A DNA stretch of 64,000 bases, taken from an uncultured Calditrichaceae bacterium (GTDB lineage: Bacteria > Zhuqueibacterota > Zhuqueibacteria > Oceanimicrobiales > Oceanimicrobiaceae). Of this stretch, positions 59,469-64,000 are shown piece by piece. Location of the stretch: positions 8,201-72,200 of the forward strand of contig CAYVXE010000001.1 of NCBI GenBank assembly GCA_964455375.1, given 5' to 3'. The position numbers were made by a program, and so were the translations under genes. The notes below the pieces were generated by a model, which saw only the letters and a list, made by a program, of their open reading frames with translations, was not told the origin of the DNA and did no database searches. How positions within the stretch are numbered: position 1 is the stretch's first letter; every line of letters starts with the position of its first letter.

Positions 59469-59912
59469 TTGAAAGCTTTGATTCAACGCGTGCAAAGAGG
59501 AGCCGTAACGGTTGATTCTGAGATTCTTGGTCAAATCGGGTCCGGCCTCGTTATTTTACTTGGAATAAAGACTTCAGACACGTCAAGGGATGTGCGCTAT
59601 TTGGCAGAGAAATGTGCAAACTTACGTATTTTCCCGGATGAGGATGGTAAATTTAATTTGTCCTGTTTGGATGTCAATGGCGGCGTTCTTGTGATCTCAC
59701 AGTTTACGTTATACGGAAATACGCAGAAAGGACGGCGTCCTAGCTTTGTGGAAGCAGCTCCTCCTGACATAGCAGAACCGCTTTACGAGCAATTTATCGA
59801 AGCAATGCAACATAGCGGTCTGTCTGTAAAAAGCGGCAGATTCGGTGCCATGATGCAGGTGGAAATAATCAATGATGGTCCTGTAACCCTCATGGTTGAA
59901 AGTAAATCATAA
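59469..59912 (+). CDS. dtd: D-aminoacyl-tRNA deacylase
   Basis: MKALIQRV..., the SQFTLYG motif, and a length of 147 aa. Confidence 0.85.
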   Translation: MKALIQRVQRGAVTVDSEILGQIGSGLVILLGIKTSDTSRDVRYLAEKCANLRIFPDEDGKFNLSCLDVNGGVLVISQFTLYGNTQKGRRPSFVEAAPPDIAEPLYEQFIEAMQHSGLSVKSGRFGAMMQVEIINDGPVTLMVESKS

Positions 59913-60525
59913 AATGAATGTGCAAACGCCAATAAAATTACATGGCAAGAAAATTATTTTAGCCTCGGAATCGCCCAGAAGAGCGTCATTATTAAAGCAA
60001 ATCGGATTTGAGTTTTCCATTCTTGCCAGTGATATAGATGAAAATGAAGAAGAGTATTTCATTCCTGAAGTACATGTTTTGGAATTAGCGCACAAGAAAG
60101 CGGAAAAGGTTGCCGAAACTATTAATGATGGCATCATTATTGGGGCGGATACGATTGTCGTGTTGAATGGTAAAATTCTGGGAAAACCGGAAAATGCCGG
60201 GCAGGCGGCACAAATGCTGCGGGAACTCAGTGGAAAAACGCATATAGTATTTACAGGCTTCTCTATTTTAGAAAAGCCATCCGGAAAATATGTGAATGAA
60301 TATGTGAAAACACAGGTGAGTTTTCGTGATTTAAGCGAGGATGAAATAAACGCCTACATTGAAACAGACAGCCCTTATGATAAAGCAGGAGCTTACGGAA
60401 TTCAGGATTTCAGTGCTATATTTGTGGATAAAATTGACGGGTGCTATTTTAATGTTATGGGTTTTCCTATTTCCAAATTTTATGAATCAATAAAACAGTT
60501 TGTTGAAAATTTGTATAAATCTTAG
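59896..60525 (+). CDS. maf: Maf-family nucleoside triphosphate pyrophosphatase
   Basis: ILASESPRRASLLKQIGF... is the Maf N-terminal signature. Confidence 0.85.
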   Translation: MKVNHKMNVQTPIKLHGKKIILASESPRRASLLKQIGFEFSILASDIDENEEEYFIPEVHVLELAHKKAEKVAETINDGIIIGADTIVVLNGKILGKPENAGQAAQMLRELSGKTHIVFTGFSILEKPSGKYVNEYVKTQVSFRDLSEDEINAYIETDSPYDKAGAYGIQDFSAIFVDKIDGCYFNVMGFPISKFYESIKQFVENLYKS

Positions 60526-60540
60526 GATAGTGAAGATAGT

Positions 60541-61350
60541 ATGGAGAACATAGGACTTATTCTCAAAAAAGCTCGTCAGGAGCTTAATAAATCTTTTGAA
60601 GAAATACACGACCAGACCCGTGTAAGTGTGGAGCATCTAAAAAATCTTGAAAATAATGAATTTGATTTCTTGCCGGAGACCTATGTAAAATCATTTTTAA
60701 AATCGTACGCAGATGCGTTGGGTTTAAAGGCAAATGACATCCTTGACCTCTATCAGAAGATTAAAATTGTAGAGGTCGAAGAGAACGACGCAGAGTTGGC
60801 TGTTTCGAAAGCCGAAAAAGGACATCCTCAACAAGCTGTAGTTTCCATCGTAGCTACAAAGGAGAAAGCAGTTACTGAAAAAAATCATTTTGTTGAATGG
60901 TCTTTGGGCGTAGCATTTGTTGTGTTAATAATCGGCATAATTCTGATTTACTCAGAATATAAATCGAAGCTTTATGTTGGACAGTCACCTTCATTCAAGA
61001 TCAATGCTGTGGCAGAACCCACACAATTTGCAGAAATTGAATTGCATCAGCCATCGGTAAAAGTTAATGGAAAAGTAATCAACCCATTGGAACTTGAGAT
61101 TACGGCAAACGAAAATATCTGGATCAGCCTGAAGATTGACGGACAAAGCACCGCCGAATATACACTTGCTCCTAAAGAGAATCTAATCTGGATGGCCGAA
61201 AAAAGATTTGATATCACCATCGGTAAAATGAGGCTTGATCGTTCATTCTCGCAAGGCACCACAGGTTTTTCTGCTAAAGATGAAACAGTCAGTTTCACCC
61301 TTTCCAGCAAGGATTTGGAAAGGGCATCGAAAGAGGCTTACAAAAACTGA
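60541..61350 (+). CDS. rodZ: RodZ-like cytoskeletal protein: an XRE-type HTH, one TM segment, and a C-terminal beta domain
   Basis: An N-terminal HTH (LGLILKKARQELNKSFEEIHDQTRVSVEHLKNLENNEF), a TM helix at about residues 120-140, and a C-terminal DUF4115-like region. Confidence 0.55.
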   Translation: MENIGLILKKARQELNKSFEEIHDQTRVSVEHLKNLENNEFDFLPETYVKSFLKSYADALGLKANDILDLYQKIKIVEVEENDAELAVSKAEKGHPQQAVVSIVATKEKAVTEKNHFVEWSLGVAFVVLIIGIILIYSEYKSKLYVGQSPSFKINAVAEPTQFAEIELHQPSVKVNGKVINPLELEITANENIWISLKIDGQSTAEYTLAPKENLIWMAEKRFDITIGKMRLDRSFSQGTTGFSAKDETVSFTLSSKDLERASKEAYKN

Positions 61351-61451
61351 TATAAAAAAACTGTTTTTTTCTAAGTAAAAAAATATGTATATTCTATTTG
61401 CAAGTTACTTTTTAAAAATAGTTCCCATTAAATAATTCTGAAAATTTTTAC

Positions 61452-62864
61452 ATGTTTAAACTTGATCCCGATTCCTGTAATTCAATTTATTTAATTGCAA
61501 TTTGCGGAACCGGGATGACGGCGTTAGCCGGGTTATTGAAGGAACGCGGATTTCGCGTGTCCGGTGCAGATCTCGATGTGTATCCTCCAATGAGTACATT
61601 TCTTAATGAATTGAAGATACCTGTACATATTGGCTTTGACGCAGAGCATTTGGCGTCGTGTCCGGATCTGGTGGTTGTTGGCAACGCCATGTCACGAGGC
61701 AACCCGGAAGTCGAAGCGGTTTTAAATCAAAAAATAGATTATGTCTCTCTGCCAATCGCGTTAAGGGAGTTTTTTATTCGGGGAAAAATTTCATGTGTGG
61801 TAGCTGGGACGCATGGAAAGACAACCACGAGCTCGCTGTTAGCCTGGGTGCTCGAAAACGCCGGACGCGATCCCGGTTTTTTTATAGGGGGAATTCCTGA
61901 AAATTTCGGTAAGGGGTATAAACTCGGTTCCGGAGAGGTGTTCGTTTCCGAAGGTGATGAATATGATTCGGCATTTTTTGATAAACATTCGAAATTTTTG
62001 CATTACCTGCCGGATCTGGTAATCTTAAACAATATAGAATTTGATCACGCGGATATTTTTAAGTCGTACGATGACGTTGAAATTGCCTTTAAGCGGCTGA
62101 TAAACATCATTCCCGGCAATGGTTATCTCGTGGCTAGTTGGGACGATGAAAATGTGAAGCGGCTGTGCGAAAATGCCTTTTCAAATGTGGTCTCTTTTGG
62201 TTTACAGGATGGCGCCTTGTGGCAAGCGAAGAATATTGATTTTACTCGAAAGCAAACCAACTTCGAGGTATATTTTAAGAATAGCCAATTTGACACTTTT
62301 TCGACGCCGTTAACAGGCCAACATAATGTGAAGAATTGTCTGGCGGTGATTGCCGCGGCAACAGAATTAGGCTTAACTAAGGGAGAAATTTCAGCAGGAA
62401 TCTCATCTTTTAAAAATGTCCGGCGGCGCATGCAACTTAAGGGAGAGGTGAATGGCGTTAAGGTGTTTGATGATTTTGCGCATCATCCCACTGAAATAAA
62501 AGCAACCCTTGACGGCGCTCGGAAACGGTACCCGCATCACCGAATCTGGGCTATTTATGAGCCGAGAACTGCTACGAGTAAGAGACGGGTATTGGAAGAT
62601 CAGTTTGTTGAATCCCTGGATTTGGCAGATCATGTCGTGTTAGCACCATTGCACCGGCAGGACAAAGTTCCGGCAAATGAAAGATTGGTGTTGGAAAATG
62701 TCTGCAGGAAACTTACCGGCAGGAATATTCCCAACCGAATATTACCGGCAAATGATGAAATGGTTGATTATCTGGCAAATAAAGTTGAAAAAAATGATCT
62801 CTTGTTGTTTATGAGCAATGGAGATTTTAATCAAATTCCCGAAAAACTACTGGCAAAATTATAA
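61452..62864 (+). CDS. mpl: UDP-N-acetylmuramate:L-alanyl-gamma-D-glutamyl-meso-diaminopimelate ligase (murein peptide ligase)
   Basis: Close motif-level match to E. coli Mpl: ICGTGMTALAG (compare ICGTFMGGLA), VYPPMST, GNAMSRGNPEVEAVL (compare GNAMTRGNPCVEAVL) and GTHGKTTT. Confidence 0.85.
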   Translation: MFKLDPDSCNSIYLIAICGTGMTALAGLLKERGFRVSGADLDVYPPMSTFLNELKIPVHIGFDAEHLASCPDLVVVGNAMSRGNPEVEAVLNQKIDYVSLPIALREFFIRGKISCVVAGTHGKTTTSSLLAWVLENAGRDPGFFIGGIPENFGKGYKLGSGEVFVSEGDEYDSAFFDKHSKFLHYLPDLVILNNIEFDHADIFKSYDDVEIAFKRLINIIPGNGYLVASWDDENVKRLCENAFSNVVSFGLQDGALWQAKNIDFTRKQTNFEVYFKNSQFDTFSTPLTGQHNVKNCLAVIAAATELGLTKGEISAGISSFKNVRRRMQLKGEVNGVKVFDDFAHHPTEIKATLDGARKRYPHHRIWAIYEPRTATSKRRVLEDQFVESLDLADHVVLAPLHRQDKVPANERLVLENVCRKLTGRNIPNRILPANDEMVDYLANKVEKNDLLLFMSNGDFNQIPEKLLAKL

Positions 62865-62884
62865 ATAAAACGGAAGACAGTCAA

Positions 62885-63370
62885 ATGAATGAAACAAGAA
62901 GACCTTCGTATCCCCGGGAAAGGAGCCATTCCTCGAAACCGATGGACAGCAATATACGCAATATGATTAAAGAAATTGAGGAAAAATTATCTGATTCGCT
63001 TTTACCGGAATCGAAAACAGAATTGAATTCGTTTGAGCGAAAATTAATTCATCGCCATTTTGATCATAATCCGAGTTTTGAGACCCGTACCTATCGGGAT
63101 GGTGACAGGTTTACATTATTAATTTATCCCGTGGAAAATTTGAAAAAATTCGCCCGTGCAAAGGCACTGGAATCCCTGGACAGCGGTGCGGATATTGAGC
63201 TTGACCCCATGGGAAGTTTTGAGCGCTATATTATTCACAATGAAATACAGGAAATTGCCGGTGTAGAAACGGTGAGTTTAGGTGAGGGGAAAGAGCGCCA
63301 CGTAAAAATAATTTCCAAGAAATTCGGTAGGGGTTTGAAGAAAATCGCCAGAAAAATCAGACTTTTTTAA
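62885..63370 (+). CDS. R3H-domain (Jag-like) putative RNA-binding protein
   Basis: Two R3H-like segments, ...ERKLIHRHF... and ...ERYIIHNEIQEI... This is a weak call. Confidence 0.4.
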   Translation: MNETRRPSYPRERSHSSKPMDSNIRNMIKEIEEKLSDSLLPESKTELNSFERKLIHRHFDHNPSFETRTYRDGDRFTLLIYPVENLKKFARAKALESLDSGADIELDPMGSFERYIIHNEIQEIAGVETVSLGEGKERHVKIISKKFGRGLKKIARKIRLF

Positions 63371-63494
63371 GGAGTTATGCCTGGCTGTTGTTATTTCTGA
63401 GAAACAGGCTATCTCGATAATACGAATGGTTCGGTCGCAATTGCCTCATGGGGCGCAATTTGGCTTATTGAATTACTCGTAGACGGTAGGGGCT

Positions 63495-64000
63495 CTATTT
63501 GTGGGTTGGTTCACGTTTCAACCAGATGGGATTCGTGAAACATCTGAATGTGTTTTTATCTTTGACCGTCGTAAGTTCAACGCGCAGGTAAAAGGACGAG
63601 TGGTTTTCTAATTGCATGGTTTCAGTGTGCTCGAATGCAGAAGCGAAATCCTTCCTTGTACGAAAAGTTTGTTCAGTCTTTTTTTGCAAATCACCCAAAA
63701 ACAGTGTTGCCTCTGTGAGTGGCCCGAATTCTTCTGTGGACAAAAAATTTGCAGTCAGCAGAAAATCAGTTCCGGCCAAGGTTTCGCCGGTAACAGCTTC
63801 TGAACCATGTTCATTTGTGACCCGCAATTCCACAAACGGCCCATCAGTTATCACCGTATTCCCGTGACGGATTGCTTGCAAAACCGAATTTAGCGAAAAT
63901 TTGTCTTTCAAATACACTGCGGTTCTCACTTTCCCAAACAGATGTTGATGATGTTCATTCATGGTGAAAAAGGGAAATCCGATCTGTCGAAACCGGTTGA
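63495..64000 (-). CDS. Hypothetical protein, 5' partial. The frame stays open to the window end.
   Basis: The minus-strand ORF reaches 63962, and the frame remains open through nt 64000. Confidence 0.4.
   Translation of the reverse strand, partial: NRFRQIGFPFFTMNEHHQHLFGKVRTAVYLKDKFSLNSVLQAIRHGNTVITDGPFVELRVTNEHGSEAVTGETLAGTDFLLTANFLSTEEFGPLTEATLFLGDLQKKTEQTFRTRKDFASAFEHTETMQLENHSSFYLRVELTTVKDKNTFRCFTNPIWLKREPTHK

Overview
The window is a 64 kb stretch of bacterial chromosome, roughly 42% GC, with nearly all genes on the + strand. It appears to come from a member of the Fibrobacteres-Chlorobi-Bacteroidetes (FCB) superphylum. The evidence is a secreted protein carrying a type IX secretion system (T9SS) C-terminal sorting domain, classical sigma-70 TTGACA-17-TATATT promoters, and visible Shine-Dalgarno (SD) sequences. 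Everything below rests on motif recognition by eye; no database search was run.

Contents, in order:
- Start of window to 4.6 kb: a 5'-partial outer-membrane beta-barrel protein and a CHASE2-sensor class III nucleotidyl cyclase.
- 4.8-14.8 kb: a long, tightly packed operon prfB-alr-lysS-lolE-lolD-mcsA-mcsB, followed by clpC. prfB carries the programmed +1 frameshift, which the ORF track misses.
- 15-17 kb: a two-gene unit made of an OLD-family/ABC-like ATPase that stops exactly where its Toprim nuclease domain should begin, followed 4 nt later by a P1 (S58, DmpA-like) self-processing peptidase. I flag this pair as the best candidate for an undescribed defence-type module.
- 17-22 kb: an NhaC antiporter on the minus strand, divergent from a protein that fuses a catalytically dead glycoside hydrolase family 2 (GH2)-like ectodomain to a polytopic membrane domain.
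- 22-26 kb: smc.
- 26-37 kb: a complete type IV pilus module. It comprises a MerR-like helix-turn-helix (HTH) protein, pilD, a soluble histidine kinase, a CheY-like regulator, pilB, the sigma-54 activator pilR, pilC, pilA with a sigma-54 promoter and a terminator, three minor pilins and a PilX-like protein.
- 37-43.5 kb: a T9SS-sorted beta-helix protein, a protein of Ig-like (Big) repeats, a small outer-membrane barrel and an M23 peptidase.
- 43.6-46.5 kb: pyrR-pyrB-pyrC, preceded by a PyrR-type attenuator.
- 46.7-48.2 kb: pdaD-speB, an arginine-to-putrescine route.
- 48.2-52 kb: rplM-rpsI and rpsB-tsf-pyrH-frr.
- 52-58.6 kb: an NHL-repeat protein, a 1147-aa outer-membrane protein and an Omp85/TamA-like protein.
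- 58.6-64 kb: a UbiA-family prenyltransferase that looks like a DGGGP synthase (the archaeal ether-lipid enzyme digeranylgeranylglyceryl phosphate synthase), dtd, maf, a rodZ-like gene, mpl, an R3H protein and a minus-strand gene that is truncated by the window edge.

I found no CRISPR array, transposase, integrase or tRNA.
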